DNA of 63,538 nucleotides, counting the filler, from Dicyema japonicum (taxonomy: Eukaryota > Animalia > Dicyemida), in NCBI GenBank assembly GCA_011109175.1. It is 5 parts of 5 records of this genome, joined end to end, with 100 filler letters (N's around TTAATTAATTAA, not from the genome) between each part and the next. Parts side by side here need not be neighbours in the genome. Positions count along the whole stretch, not along the records: positions 17,462 to 28,260 come from RDEW01000238.1; positions 28,361 to 56,953 come from RDEW01000001.1; 3 more parts are not named here. One strand, 5' to 3'. A program made the translations under genes and the position numbers. Position 1 is the stretch's first letter, and the number at the start of each line of letters is the position of its first letter. Below, one piece after another: positions 24,300 to 37,530 of the stretch. The notes below the pieces were generated by a model. That model had not been told where the DNA came from. It did no database searches and saw nothing but the letters and a program-made list of their open reading frames with translations.

Positions 24300-26818
24300 T
24301 ATCCTTTACCACTTCATTAAGTTTATTATAACGCCGCGAAACATCGATTTCGTTCAAATATGATACAATCATACTCTACAAAGTCTTGTTGATTACCAGC
24401 GGTTGAACATACGCATACGTTCTTTCACTTATATTCACAGATCTGGCATATCTCCACGAATGTGAAGTCACTAGGCCATCCCAAGTGAGTACAATTGGGA
24501 CAATCTTGATTTCTGCGTGGTGTATAAACTCCAGTTCCTTGGAAAGAAAGTCATAATTCCTCAGCTTTTCCCATTCCACCAGCTGTAGATTTTGGAAATA
24601 TGTTATTCCCACTTCGATTAAGGTAATTTTGTTTCTCCTTTTATCAAAAAAGAATAGGTCTGGGTTGTTATGCTCAATAATTATGTCCGTTTTGATTAAA
24701 GTGTCAACTCTGATTTCAACTGAATCTTTCATTACAATGGATTGCACTAAATGAGTCTTCAGTTTCTTCTCGCTTTTTAGACTAAACTCTCTGCAAAAGT
24801 GGAAATGTAGACACCTTAAGACTTCGTTATGTTTTCTTACATAATCCCCATGCAACGTCTTTTCACACCTAGTTGCACAATGATCCACGGTCTTCTTCCA
24901 TTTTTACAATGGGTGCACATTGCATTTTGCTCTTCGAAGAACAGATTCCTATCCTGAATAAGGCAGAGTAAGGCTTCTGACCTTGGGGAGTTATTCTCTT
25001 TTAGAAACCAATGAGAGGAATGCTCTATATTCGCATAATTTTCCAACAAATTTTAATAAAAAACGGAATGAAGACTTTTAAATTTTATTTGATTCATTAA
25101 ACCTTTTTTTGCATGTTTGATATGAATTTTATATCAAACTCAGAAGTCTCGCAAAAAGAATACTTGTGCCTTAGAAATTTTTTAATTAATGCTAAATGTG
25201 TTTTCTCTGAGATTTCGGCTGGAAGAATTGCCGCACTTCTACTGCAAACAATACTTCTGAGTTTCAAATTCTAAAAAAATCAATATAACATCTTCTCACT
25301 TAGAAGAGAGATTGAGCGTAGCCCTCTCCCAAGGTGTTTCCTTGTTAAATAAAGCCTCTGCTTGCATGCAGGTTTGAGATGGACTCGATTTTTAATCAAT
25401 ATGGTGCGGATAGCTGAGTCAATCAATTTGTATTGACATAGTTCCACATTAATGAGTCCAATATAATAGTTATATAAACACAGAACATGCTCGTTAATAG
25501 CCTTGAACAAATTCACTGCGGTTAGTTTGGTATTCACAAGTTTCTCAATTTTCTGGTTTACTTGCGAAAAAATTATTTTTAACATTCCTGGCTTTCGAAT
25601 TTGTTCGGAAGGGCCTCCAATACACCGAGGTATTTATCTACATCCATTCCTTCTAACAACTTGGCTTCATCTGATAACGACATTTGTAGCGGACTTTTCT
25701 AGATTCCTTTTCAACCCCACAGCACTGAAGTACGAATTAACATCTTCCATCATCCTGACAATAACATCTTCACTAGTCGAAATAAGTTTTAAATCGTCAA
25801 TAAATAAAAGATGATTAGTTTAGAATGACAAGACAGACTGATCATCATGTAAAACGGAGACTTTTGGATACTTATATGTCAATAAACGACTAAGTGGGTC
25901 AAGCACTAAGACAAATAACATGGGGGATAGTCTATCCCCCTGCAAAATTTCCCTTTCAATCTGAATATCACGAATATTTTCATTACTCAACATTAGTTTC
26001 ACTCTCCAATGATCTCACAACTTTAATAATCCATTCGGGGATTCCGGATTTTTCATGGAATTCCATTAAAAAGTTGTGGTCAACCGAGTCAAATGCTTTT
26101 TTGACTTCAATCCAATCTGCATTTTTCTCTTCGATTCAAATTTCGACAATCNACAGAACATGCTCGTTAATAGCCTTGAACAAATTCACAGCGGTTAGCT
26201 TGGTATTCACAAGTTTCTCAATTTTTTGGTTTACTTGCGAAGAAATTATTTTTAACATTCCTGGCTTTCGAATTTGTTCGGAAGGGCCTCCAATACACCG
26301 AGGTATTTATTTACATCCATTCCTTCTACAACTTGGCTTCATCTGATAACGACATTTGTAGCGGACTTTTCTAGATTCTTTTTCAGCCCCACAGCACTGA
26401 AGTACAAATCAACATCTTCTATCATCTTGACAATAACATCTCCACTAGTCGAAATAAGTTTTAAATCGTCAATAAATAAATTTTGATTAGTTTAGAATGA
26501 CGAGACAGACTGATCATCATGTAAAACGGAGACTTTTGGATACTTATATATCAATAAACGGCTAAGTAGGTCAAGCACTAAGAAAAGTAACATGGGGGAT
26601 AGTCTATCCCCCTGCAAAATTACCTTTTCAATTTGAATATCACGAATATTTTCATTATTTAACATTAGTTTCACTCTCCAATGCATAATCAGTAATCTCA
26701 CAACTTTAATAATCCATTCAAGGACTTCCATTAAAAAGTTGTGGTCAACCGAGTCAAATGCTTTTTTGACTTCAATCCAATCTGCATTTTCCTCTTCGAT
26801 TCAAATTTCGACAATCAA
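24300..26818 (-). mobile_element. R4/Dong-like retrotransposon (RT, Zn knuckle, RLE), degenerate; RT duplicated across N26152
   Basis: EILQGDRLSPMLFVL, RLYLTRKHLGRGL, CTHCK..TVDHCAT.C....Y..KHNEV, VEIRVDT..NNPD, LIEVGIT, EKLRNYD, PIVLTWDG. Confidence 0.9.
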
Positions 26819-26819
26819 T

Positions 26820-26960
26820 CCAACGGTCATACGGTAGCCGACTTGACTGGTTGTGGTTTCTGAGTGTGCCAGACGTCCCACTATCTTGAGAAATAACCGT
26901 GACTTCCCACTTATACCTCCAGTTGATTCTATGACAATAGCGTGGAACATCTTTATTAAA
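26820..26960 (-). mobile_element. CRE-like RLE fragment
   Basis: FHAIVIESTGGISGKSRLFLKIVGRL. Confidence 0.55.
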
Positions 26961-27899
26961 TACAAATTTCATGAATTTCGATTATCAGTAGATAGATAGA
27001 TAATTTTATTAACATAACAAACTCTTTACTAATTAAAAACTAATTAAAAAGGGAGAAACCAACGATTTTGTCTTGGTTGATGGGGTCTGGTATAACGAGA
27101 CACCATATGTCTCTTCTTCGAATTATTGACCCCTTACATCCGACAAGAATTATTTTTTTAAGTGGTGCAATATTTCATCAATGGATCTTGCACGTCTCTA
27201 ATCACTAGGCGGTAATTTAGACTCTTACAAAGTCCATATGCCAGTTTAATAGCATATCTTTCCGATTTATCGAGNCAACGATTTTGTTTTGGTTGATAGG
27301 GTCTGGTATAACGAGACACCATATGTCTCTTCTTCAAATTATTGACCCCTTACATCCGACAAGAATTATTTTTTCAAGTGGTGCAATATTTCATCAATGG
27401 ATCTTGCACGTCTCTTATCACTAGGCGGTATTTAGACTTTGAATCAAGTCCATATGCCAGTTTAATAGCATATTTTTTTCGAGAAACTCTACAAGAGTAC
27501 TTCTCTCATCACTTTCAAACCATCCTTGAAAGCCATAAATCAAAATGATTCTATACAAGCTGTATACACATAAAGAAAAGTTTCCGGACTCAATTGAAAA
27601 CGTAGAATCGATTTCAACATCGCCGTAGCTTTTTCCTCTTTTTCTTGATATAATAAATGAAAGCCGTACCTTAGCCAACACTTTGGAAGACATATAGATA
27701 GTTCTTAACCATGCTTCTCAAATTTGTCTGGTAGATGTAACATCACAAATGACAGAATTTAACTTACCCTCATTTGTGATCCACGAATTTTAGTTGATGA
27801 TTATTAGAGAATATTCATAACAGATTTCCGAATGATTTTCCGATATTGAGAATTTTTTTGGAAAATTAAATATATGTAAAAAAAGAGAGTAAATGGTCA

Positions 27900-28260
27900 T
27901 ATAGCAACTGCCCTGACTGGGAGGTTATTCTTTCGCAGGGTGGCGAGCGAGATTCGCTCNCTAACCCCACCAGTAACCCTAACCATGAATTCGACGCAAT
28001 ATTAATGGGACTACGTAATCTTTGCCCCCAACAACAATTTATTACTAAATAAAATTATTTCAAAAACCAGACGTGCTCGGTCCAATAACTACAGAAGTCT
28101 CAACGGAGATCGGCTGGAAAACGAAGCTGCTCACGATGTCGTGGTACTTCCTCTTTTTCAAATCATCAGCTGCGGAACCCGCGTGCAACGATGACTTACG
28201 CAAATTCCCATTAGAAAAAGTGTCCATGCACGTTGAATCCCCTAAGACACCTCCCATGAC
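27900..28260 (-). mobile_element. CRE-like RLE 3' fragment
   Basis: DSTCMDTF, AGSAA...KKRKY, FQPISVETS; ERISLA near 27950. Confidence 0.82.
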
Positions 28261-28370
28261 NNNNNNNNNNNNNNNNNNNNNNNNNNNNNNNNNNNNNNNN
28301 NNNNTTAATTAATTAANNNNNNNNNNNNNNNNNNNNNNNNNNNNNNNNNNNNNNNNNNNNTGTCATTTGG

Positions 28371-29397
28371 ACACACAGATGGTCAAGTGCTCTATGCCAA
28401 AAATATAAAAAGTGCATAGATGTTTTCGGAATAGACATGTCCAGAGCGTTTGACTCGGTTCATAGAGGCAAACTTCTTGAAGTACTTACAAGCTTCCAAA
28501 CAACGGATGATGTCAAATTTATACAAAAACTACTGCAGAATACGCAACTAGCAGCCAAACTCGGAAAAACTACTTCAGAATTCTATTATACTTCACGTGG
28601 AATTCCGCAAGGAGACTCTTTGTCACCAGTTCTATTCATAATCTACCTGGAGGCTGCACTGAGAGATTTCAGGCCTTTAATTGAGAACAACAAAATAATC
28701 GAGTTAATATATGCAGACGATCTTGACTTTGTTTGTGAAGATGTTGAAATTCTTCATCACGTTCTCAAGAACTTACCATTTCTAAATGGTTCTTAGTTGT
28801 CAACCAAGACAAAACTGAATATACAAAACTTGTACGAGTTGTACGCACTTACGATGAATCATGGAGAAGGCATAAAAAAGTTGGTTCACTATTTGGAGAC
28901 TCAGAACATGATACTGACAGAAAAATCATTTCCACTGCAGCATATAAAAAATTCTTAACTATCTGGCGTTCTAAGAAGAGCATAACTACGAATTCAAAGC
29001 TAAAATTGTATAAAACATTCGTGACATACAACATGGAGGATTACGAAACGGGAAATGGACAATCTTGATCAATTTCATAGAAATCAACTAAGAAACATCT
29101 TGAGAATACATTTCCCGAAAAAGATATCAAATTCAGAACTGTACAAAAGATGTGGCTTAAGGCCATTATCAGAGGAGATTCACAAGGCTAGGTGGAGACT
29201 TTTTGGTCACATCTTACGAATGGATATGTTGACTCCACCAAACATTGCAATGGAGAACTATTTCGCACAACTGAAGGGATCATTCCGTGGCAGGCCTAGA
29301 GTGACGTTGCCTTCAATAGTAAATGATGACCTAATCAGAATAAACAAAACTCGACGAAATGGTAAAGATCTTGATGGCTTTCCCAAGAATTTTTCGT
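28371..29397 (+). mobile_element. RTE-like RT fragment
   Basis: DMSRAFD, GIPQGDSLSP, IYADD, RWRLFGHILR, FRGRPRVTLP. Confidence 0.92.
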
Positions 29398-29399
29398 GA

Positions 29400-29925
29400 C
29401 TGCACTCACGTTCTGCTTATGCGTTCAATCTCCGGCGATGTATGTCATGAACGTTGTTTCCAAAGATGCATATTGCGACAGAAAGAGAATGGAAATCGTC
29501 TAGTTCGTCTCCATTGATTGATACTCTCACCGAAGTTAGTGCATATACATTAATAATGGAGATTATGGAATTGTTCCTTTCACCGTATTTTAATTGTAAA
29601 ACACATATTCTATCCCTCACCCTCCACGTCTTGTGGATTCAATTGTTCAGTTCTTTTTGTATTGCAAATCCCATGCCATAGTGTGGGCAATTCGAAGGGT
29701 GCAAAATCAGGCGGAAATCATTGTTGATTTCATCTAGTCCGCCTTTTACTTTCGTTTCCTGTAAGCACGCAACGGTTACCTTGTACGATCCAAGATCCAC
29801 GCATAAATTTCTTCTTTTAGATCCGACTTTAATCCTCTTACATTGAACGAGCTAATGGTGAAAGATCCCGAAGAAAAGCACAAAAAGACATGTGTGCAAT
29901 AGAGCCACGTCACCAGCTCAACCAA
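29400..29925 (-). mobile_element. RTE-like 5' end and APE, tail-to-tail with the preceding RT fragment
   Basis: 5' hairpin motif at 29902-29919, SSFNVRG, ACLQETK, SIINVYA, IAGD. Confidence 0.85.
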
Positions 29926-30199
29926 AAATTTCTTCATTAAAAACTTACAAAAATAACTGATAAGACAAGAAAGTCGTCACACAAAGTTTAAATTTCAATT
30001 ATTTTTAAATTAATTTTATTTTAACTAAATTTTATTTATTTAAATTTAAAGTAAGTCTATTCTTAAGTCATGTTACCGTCCGTCATGTGGTTCGCCTTGT
30101 CAGGTGGTGTCAGATATATGCCAAAAGTGTAACCAAAATGAACCATTTGTAAACTACCATCCAGAGGAGTTCCCCCTTTTTGGTTCATAAAATTAAATT

Positions 30200-31830
30200 C
30201 ATTAAAATTCTATTAATCGGAACGGAAAGGCAAATAAACTAGAATCTACTGTCCACGACATTCACGATAATTTAGTCTAGCGATTGCGGACATTCAGGAT
30301 GACAAACTCTTTCTCCAATGGTTAAAATCTGGTTTTTTTTATTGAATTTCAGTTATATTGATGGCGAAAGACTTGAGTTCAGAAGACTGCCACAAAATCA
30401 TTTAATTGATCGACAAACAGTTCAAAAACCAAATTCTACGCTTGGAAATACTCAACCCTGGTTTTGAGGTTACTCTCAGAGCAATTGTTAGTTCCTGACG
30501 GATTCATCTACGATTGGAGGTCGGAAGATAAGGTAAGGGATTGGACTAAAGAGTTCCTTTTCCAAATTCTTCTCTTCATGAGATTCAAAAAATTATGGAC
30601 TTTTGACTGAGTTGAAGCGAAATTATTGTCAAGATTGATCTATTGACAGGTAAATCTTTTAGGTCTCTGAATATTTCTCCTACTCTCTCGAAATAGTCTT
30701 TTTCATGCCTAACTTTGTTTTCATGTTTTAATATTTCAGGACTTTATTTTTAATAGTATAACTTTCGAAAGCTCAAAAATATGTAGATTTTGTCTTTATT
30801 TTTCAGAAAATTTGATCAGCCAGTGGACAAAGTCTTGAGGTTTCTGTTGCATTTTACGTGTAGATCTTTCCAGCCGTTAATTGACGGAAAATTGTAAATT
30901 GGTTTACCTTCGTCTCCCTGATTCCGCTTCGAGTTATATTTGCCTGTTTGAACGAATCTTTCAACGCTCGGTCACTCACTGAGCTTCCTGAGATCTCTAG
31001 TCTCACGATCCTCACTTAATTGGAAGGATCCAAATATTTAATTGTGACCTCAAATTCTACTCGACTTTTCTCACTATGGTAGATTTGGAAAATTATTTTA
31101 CTACCGGAGTTTTCGAGGTTGTAAATAATACTTCTTATTGTGTCAGTAATACCCAATGGACAGATTGTTTATAGGATCTAAGAAAAGAGGTGGATTGATG
31201 GTTCTGATTTGTTGTAAAAATTACTTCGTCAATCATGTGGTTAGTCTCACCATTGATGTGCATGATTCTTAGTTTGTTTGATTTTTAATGGTTTTATAAT
31301 CTTTACGATATCGAATTTTTTTTTATGTTTCTTTACTGTTTCCTAATGGTGTGAACACTATAATTTGATTCACTATGGCTTTTTGGCCTAAGATTTATTA
31401 ACCATCGGAGAAACATCATTTTTGTTGTGGATTAGCGTGCCTTCATGTAGTCCATGTTTTAGTGACCATTCTATGTCATCATTGCATAAAATATAACATT
31501 TCACCTTTGCCGCTTCATTGGAGCATAACGATTAAGTTCCAAAAAATGTTACCTAATTGACTTTTATGAGGTTCCCGGTGGACTTGCAATTATATTCGAC
31601 TGAAATCTGATTTTCTTATAAAAATTGGATTTTAAAAATTAATTTGTACTCTGAAGGTTCTGATCAGGAAAGTTGGTTACTTGCCAATTTATTCGACCAA
31701 TTTTATCGAAGAATTCATAATAGAAGATCAAAATATTCTGGGCTTCATAAGGAATCCATTCACGCAGAAGATTGAATATTTTTATGTTATCCTGCGAGAG
31801 ACAAGACATTTGCATTTATGGTTAACATGA
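30200..31830 (-). mobile_element. Very decayed APE-type LINE (CR1/L2-like?)
   Basis: Only weak motif echoes: LTINANV and GKGEMLYF (GGGVxxY-like). Confidence 0.3.
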
Positions 31831-31857
31831 TTAGACCTATTTTTCTTGTATAAAATT

Positions 31858-32200
31858 CGTGACTCGTTGCTTACTTGATGTGTTGGAAAAGAGTCGCAAA
31901 CTTAAAATTCCGCAATCATGGAAGTGTGGATGGTGTCGTGCTCCTTTCCTGCTGACACGTATAGGAAAATTCTGGACCAGATCTTATCATAATACAAGTT
32001 AACATTATTGGTATCCGGGTGACAATCAACGAACTACAACGTTTTCTTTTCAGACATTAAGTGAATAAATAGCTCTCTTTGAAGAGACAAATCTTAATCC
32101 ACGACGGACAAGCTATATGATTCCCTATGCGATTATTAATCATGGATAGAGACAAGTCTGGGACCAAGGGGAGAGATACCCGACTATTGATTAAAATGTA
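31858..32200 (+). mobile_element. Second, more decayed Ingi-like 5' end (ribozyme remnant, 2A remnant, APE start)
   Basis: GTGGATGGTGTCGT is identical to 4583-4596. Reads *HV*ENSGPDLIIIQVNIIGIR, a decayed GDVEENPGP. Confidence 0.7.
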
Positions 32201-32469
32201 GATTAATGCCTTGTTTAATGAAAATAAATTTAGACACTATTGGAGATCTGTAAATTCAACGAAATCAACAGCAGATTCCCTAAAAGCCTAAGAATACTGA
32301 AGATAATATTAGAAGAGGTCGAAGTCCAGTGAAAAGATGTTAACATACTCTGAATCTTTGTGTTATCAATACTAACCCATACTAACCCAATTAAAGTATT
32401 ATTGAGATAACGACAGTAGTCAATCATTAATGACACTTCGTCAATCAAAAACGACAATAGTCAATCAAT

Positions 32470-32615
32470 ACGATACTATTATTTAATTAAGCACTTCACG
32501 AGAGCCATACTAATTATAGCCCCGCATGTGCAGCAAAAGAAACAAGGTTAATGTCGTCCTTTTCCATGCTCCCCTGTTCCTAGCCAAGGCTCTCATGTTG
32601 TCCATTCGTCGGCAT
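32470..32615 (-). mobile_element. RTE-like 3' tip
   Basis: MDNMRALARNRGAWKR; the 3' UTR resembles 51730-51768. Confidence 0.7.
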
Positions 32616-34754
32616 TTATTAGACTTTTTTTAATTCAATACGATACTGGACAAAATATTCCCACTTTCATTACAGTGAACAATTATAACTACATACTTCT
32701 ATCATAAAGTCATTAAAACCATTCCGTAACGACTAGCCACACTCCCTTAGGCACGATCCTTGTTGTTTGAATAGAGAAATTGCAGGTTTGAGCACCCATA
32801 ATTTTGTAGAGTAACATATTTTATTAATATTTTGACTTCACACTCTTTGCTTTAAGTAATAGGTGGTATGTTTTCAACTATTGTTTTACCTATATATTTT
32901 ACATTACGGCATCATGGAACCTCCGGGTTCTGCACAGAACTACATATACCTGTCGGATCTTTGGGAATGTCCTATCTTGGCTGTAACGTTTTTGTTGGCC
33001 TTGTTGTGAGCTGATGTCCTTTACAGAAATTGAAAAACCATTTATTAGAACAAGTTGTCTAGATGCTTCTTCAATTTTTCCATTGCACTCTATGTGATAA
33101 AATTGGAAGTGGGCGAACCTACTTATCCACTTCTCTTCGGCATCGGTAGCTTATAATAGATTATTTGAGTTGTATTAGATCGGCACAAGCTGATGTTCTC
33201 CCTGGGGTTCCTTCCTTTATAAAAAATGAATAAAATAAAATTATCACAAAGATCAAAGGTAAAACCAAACTAATTATTTTTTTCTCCTGACGCGATCTAC
33301 CAGAACCCTGACCAAAGAAAGGTAATACAGAGGACGTTATCAAGGCGTTGAGATAGATTACAAAACTCTCTTCAGTGAATTTTTAAAAAGCTTCTTCAGT
33401 TTTGTAAGTTTGGCTTCAATATGGGTGATCTAATTGCTCTTCTTTTGGGGACGTTGTAAGATAATAATCATATACACCAGCTGTCAAGAATAAACAATAT
33501 AAGTGATATTGTTATATTTGTTGGTGGAGATGACATTATTGAATCCGACCTTAGAATATTCTTTCTTGAAGTTGCTACAGTACTTAGTTTTCAGACAATC
33601 GCTATGGATTAACCTCACCTGACGAATTTGGAAGTAAATCTTACTAATAGCATCTCTGTATATGAGATTTTCCGATTTTGACGTATTTCAAGTTTCTCGA
33701 TCCATTTGAGAAGTATGACACTTTGGTTTAGATTTCACATAACTCTTTAGGTTTGTTACGGACTTCAAAGTATGAAATTTATTATTGAAATTTTTCGTTA
33801 TTAAAAGTACTAAATCTAGTGGTAGTCTTCAAAATCTAGCATTAAGTACTAGAGAAACTTCAGATATTAAATTAACTTTGTCCTCCCTATTAACCTGGTC
33901 GATAATCACCTGCAGAGATATGATATTTACACAACTTTCCGGTTGATAAATTCGAATGGGCAGTCTTGTACCCATTCTTGTACTACGAAGAGTTGTCGGA
34001 CCACATCAGATGCGTTCTTATTGTTTTGTATATCCGGTTCATTCGCAGGTAGGTAGTGTTCACTTTATTTGTAAAAAAAGACTTTTTCATCAACAAGAAA
34101 TTATTAACGAGATCCTTTTGTTTAATTTTAAAGAATAGATCATTTAGTAATATTCCCAAAGTGATATAAACAACTAAGATGATCTCGTGATTTTTGTCAT
34201 TTTATTTTAAGATTTAAAAAAACATTTAAAGTCTTTTACTTAAGAGGTTGGGATAGCGAATTCGTTTCCACGATTTGTTTGAATATGGGTCACCATAGAT
34301 CACAGAATCGTTTTAATTAATTTTATTTTTAAGCTTTTTTAATTCTTAAAAAATTTAAATAATGTTTTTATTTTATTACAATTTATATACTTGATCTTGT
34401 GGGCTAATAAGTGATGTAATGAAAATCTTATAACGATTCCTCAGCCAACAGGATTAATCAAATGTTAAGTAAGCCGTTTTAATGATTGTTTAGTATACAG
34501 GTTTTCCATTTCTTCTTCATCAGATCAACAATTTCAAACGGACTTGATCGATGTCATAAATTTGAGTACTTCATAGGAAGATTAAAATTGAACTTTAACT
34601 GAAGTTGATATTTACATTGAATATGCGATTTATAAGAAATGACAAATAAATCTGAGTAAATAGATAGAGTTTTAAAAATAAAATTTACATGCACTTTCCG
34701 AAATCTGCTATCAAGTCAGATTTTGCCAATTTTTATATTGTTTTTGCGTAGGGA

Positions 34755-35090
34755 ATTATATTATTATTATAGGCACGTACGCGATGCCAAGATCATGACA
34801 AAGCATGTGCAACACGAAAAGTTAACAATCTAATTAACGTCGCCCATCTTTTTCGCTCCGTTGCCATGTTCCGTAGCATATCTAGATCGTCTCCATTTTT
34901 AAGGCACTTTCCAATCTTTTTGAGATCTTCATCTAGAATAACCGGCAGTGTTGTCCTCGGCCGGTTGCGGAAACGAGAAGCTTATAAGACAAAATACTCC
35001 TCCATTGCTATGTTGGTAGGGTCCCCATATCGTGGCGGAGTATGTGTCCAAAGAATCTCTATCTTGATAAGGAATTATAGACAGATTTAA
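34755..35090 (-). mobile_element. RTE-like 3' fragment
   Basis: FRNRPRTTLPVILDEDLKKIGKCLKNGDDLDMLR; (TAA)n tail near 34760. Confidence 0.85.
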
Positions 35091-35600
35091 TAAAACTCTG
35101 ACAAGAAATCTGTCTAAATTAATGAGAGAAAATTCTACTAAAAATTGAAAACAATTTTCAAGTAAGATAACTTTTACTAACAACGCAACACCGAATGCTT
35201 CAAAAGTGAAACGGCATTCAGAATATGAGAGGCACTTCAGGGATAAATACAGTAATTCCAACAATTACAAAGTTGTTATTTTATGTGTGGAAATACTTTT
35301 GGCAGTAAATTACCGAAAAATGACACACTTGTAAATAAATTCTTCTAAAAGTCCACGATTGTAGATATCTGTTTTGGAATATTCCAATTGAATGAACAGC
35401 TGCACATTATCAAAAGCGACTCCGAATCCATTTGATATTTTAGGAGCATCTTAGTCATAATTTCGAAAACATCAAGGATTTTTGGTATTCTTTTGTTATA
35501 ATTGACAAAATTAAAAATTTTGTAAGATTTTAGAATATCGACTGTATTTCAAATAATTATATAAATTCAAATAAATTGAAGACCGTTTAACGAATTAATA

Positions 35601-36821
35601 TTAGTTAGTTACAAAGCTTAATGGAATGCTTTCTTGTATTTCAGTATGTGATTTCGGTTTGAGATAAATAGCGACAATGACACACGTGAATATTAGTCCA
35701 ATAACTCCGAACACGATTCCAATTATTTGATTTTTCGTCAGTTTTTTTATGGCTTTTATTTCAATCGATATTTGTTCATCAAAGCATCCTTCATCTAAAA
35801 TTCAACCAAATTCAGTAACCGTCTCCAATAAATTGAAAACTCAAATCATTGCGGAAAAATTGTATTTTAAGAGATGAAATTTCGATAGTCACATTTTTAT
35901 AGCTTTGTGAGATGAATCCACATTGATAATATCCTCCCAATTTAATTATTTTAAAATTCTTTTCCAGTGAAACGCATTTATTTCTGTTAATACCAACACA
36001 AACAGAAAATCTATGAATACGATATTTATTCCCAGAATGTTTAAATGCCGCAATAGTTATAGTAGTTTGACTACTATTCAATGTATATTCATAGTTAATA
36101 TATTTATAGTCAGTTTTTTTACTTTTTATCATATTATACTCATAATCACTGAAATGCTCATCTGTTTTCTAAGAATTTATGCAAACGTGTACAATTTTGT
36201 TATTGTCAATATATGATATTTTGATAATTCCACTTATTACTGCTCGGATTGTTTTTTGTGATATAAAAACCAAATCGGCGTATTTGGGTCATTTTTTGGG
36301 TTACAGTCGTTAGCTAAATTAATTTTGATTAAAACCTTTTCCAGTAAAATAATTTACAAAACCATTATCGTGATATTGCAACTTGTTTGAATAAATTGTA
36401 ACAGATATATTATTCGAAAAACTAATATAAGCATAACCACATCGGTAGTATTCCCCATATTTAGTGTTAGGAATCTTTGTGATATTAGTAAATAGCTTAT
36501 CAGCTTAAGTACAACAAAAAAACGTACCATAATCAATTTCTGTTACTAAGTCAATAGTATAAAACTCATTGTAGAAGTATGGAATAAGTTTAAATTTTAT
36601 GTTTTTGAAAGAAAACAATCGGTACCATTAGTTTGCCATCATCTATATGTTTCTCGGAAAGTAAATTTGATAAACTATATTCCTAAAGTTAACGAAATAT
36701 ATACTATTGAAGGATTATTGAAAATTGCATATGAATCAATTAATATATATCTCTCATCACATTTTATTTTGACTATTTTGCTAAACAGAATAATTATGAT
36801 ATAATAAATAGTTCTGTTCAT
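35601..36821 (-). CDS. LAMP-like type I membrane glycoprotein 2 (signal peptide, two LAMP-like repeats, TM, short tail); multi-exon
   Basis: MNRTIYYIIIILF; KYGEYYRCG..KLQY; KLGGYYQCG..LKIQFFRND..FIGD|DEGCFDE (intron 35795-35819); TM IIGIVFGVIGLIFTCVIVAIYL; tail ..ESIPLSFVTN*. The middle exons are not fully resolved. Confidence 0.58.
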
Positions 36822-37109
36822 GTGATCTAAATTTTATTAGGTCAAATTTTGTTTTATTTAAATTTGTATTTTAATTGTTAGATTTAATTATAATTTATAT
36901 TTCTATGATAAAAGATATTTCATTACCATTTTTATTAAATATCTTTAATTATAGAAAATATAGTGAGTAGTCCAACTAAGTGAGCGTATCCTAATGCAAA
37001 TGCACGACACCCTGATAGCTGGGTCAAGTGTGTCTCCTAGGAAGTACGCCATAATAACGACCGAGAAAACACAGGCAACCCACCTAGGCACTATCAGACC
37101 TAGGCACTA

Positions 37110-37530
37110 TTAGACATCACGTCTCAAGACAGTTTTCAGACTTTGGAGGTGGAGAAAAAAAGGAAGTATGACTTTCTTGCAAACAAGATGGGGCAGATTC
37201 TTGGTTGCAAGGTCCTCGTTATTCCTATAGTAATAACGTGGGAAGGAATTGCAACAAAGTACCACAAGGGTTATCTGAAGCAGTTGGGGGTAGATAAGAA
37301 GCTCCAGGCCTATCTACTGTCCACTGAGTTATTGCGGACTTTAGAAAACCTGACACTAGAGATTAGGAGGCAGAGCCCTGAGATGCCATATGGGCAGAGG
37401 GTTCAATTGGACAAGGCGCTTTCGGAGTTGTTTCAGCAACCGGAATCAAACCTGCCTGAGGAGGCTGGCGAGGAAGGTTGTTGATTATTAAATATATTAA
37501 CATTTTTTATTGTTTGTTAAATAAAGTGAG
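37110..37530 (+). mobile_element. R4/Dong-like 3' end
   Basis: EVEKKRKYDFLANKM..IPIVITWEGIATKYHKG...EEGC*; the 3' UTR matches 53400-53460. Confidence 0.85.

Noticed and set aside
33235-33300. Possible extra copy of the 3' stem-loop family (ATAATTAGTTTGGTTTTACC)
   Set aside because: Only the AT-rich loop matches; the stem arms and peptide are not convincingly conserved.
36960-37110. Possible ribozyme upstream of the R4-like fragment
   Set aside because: Only short isolated stems, with no nested pseudoknot topology.
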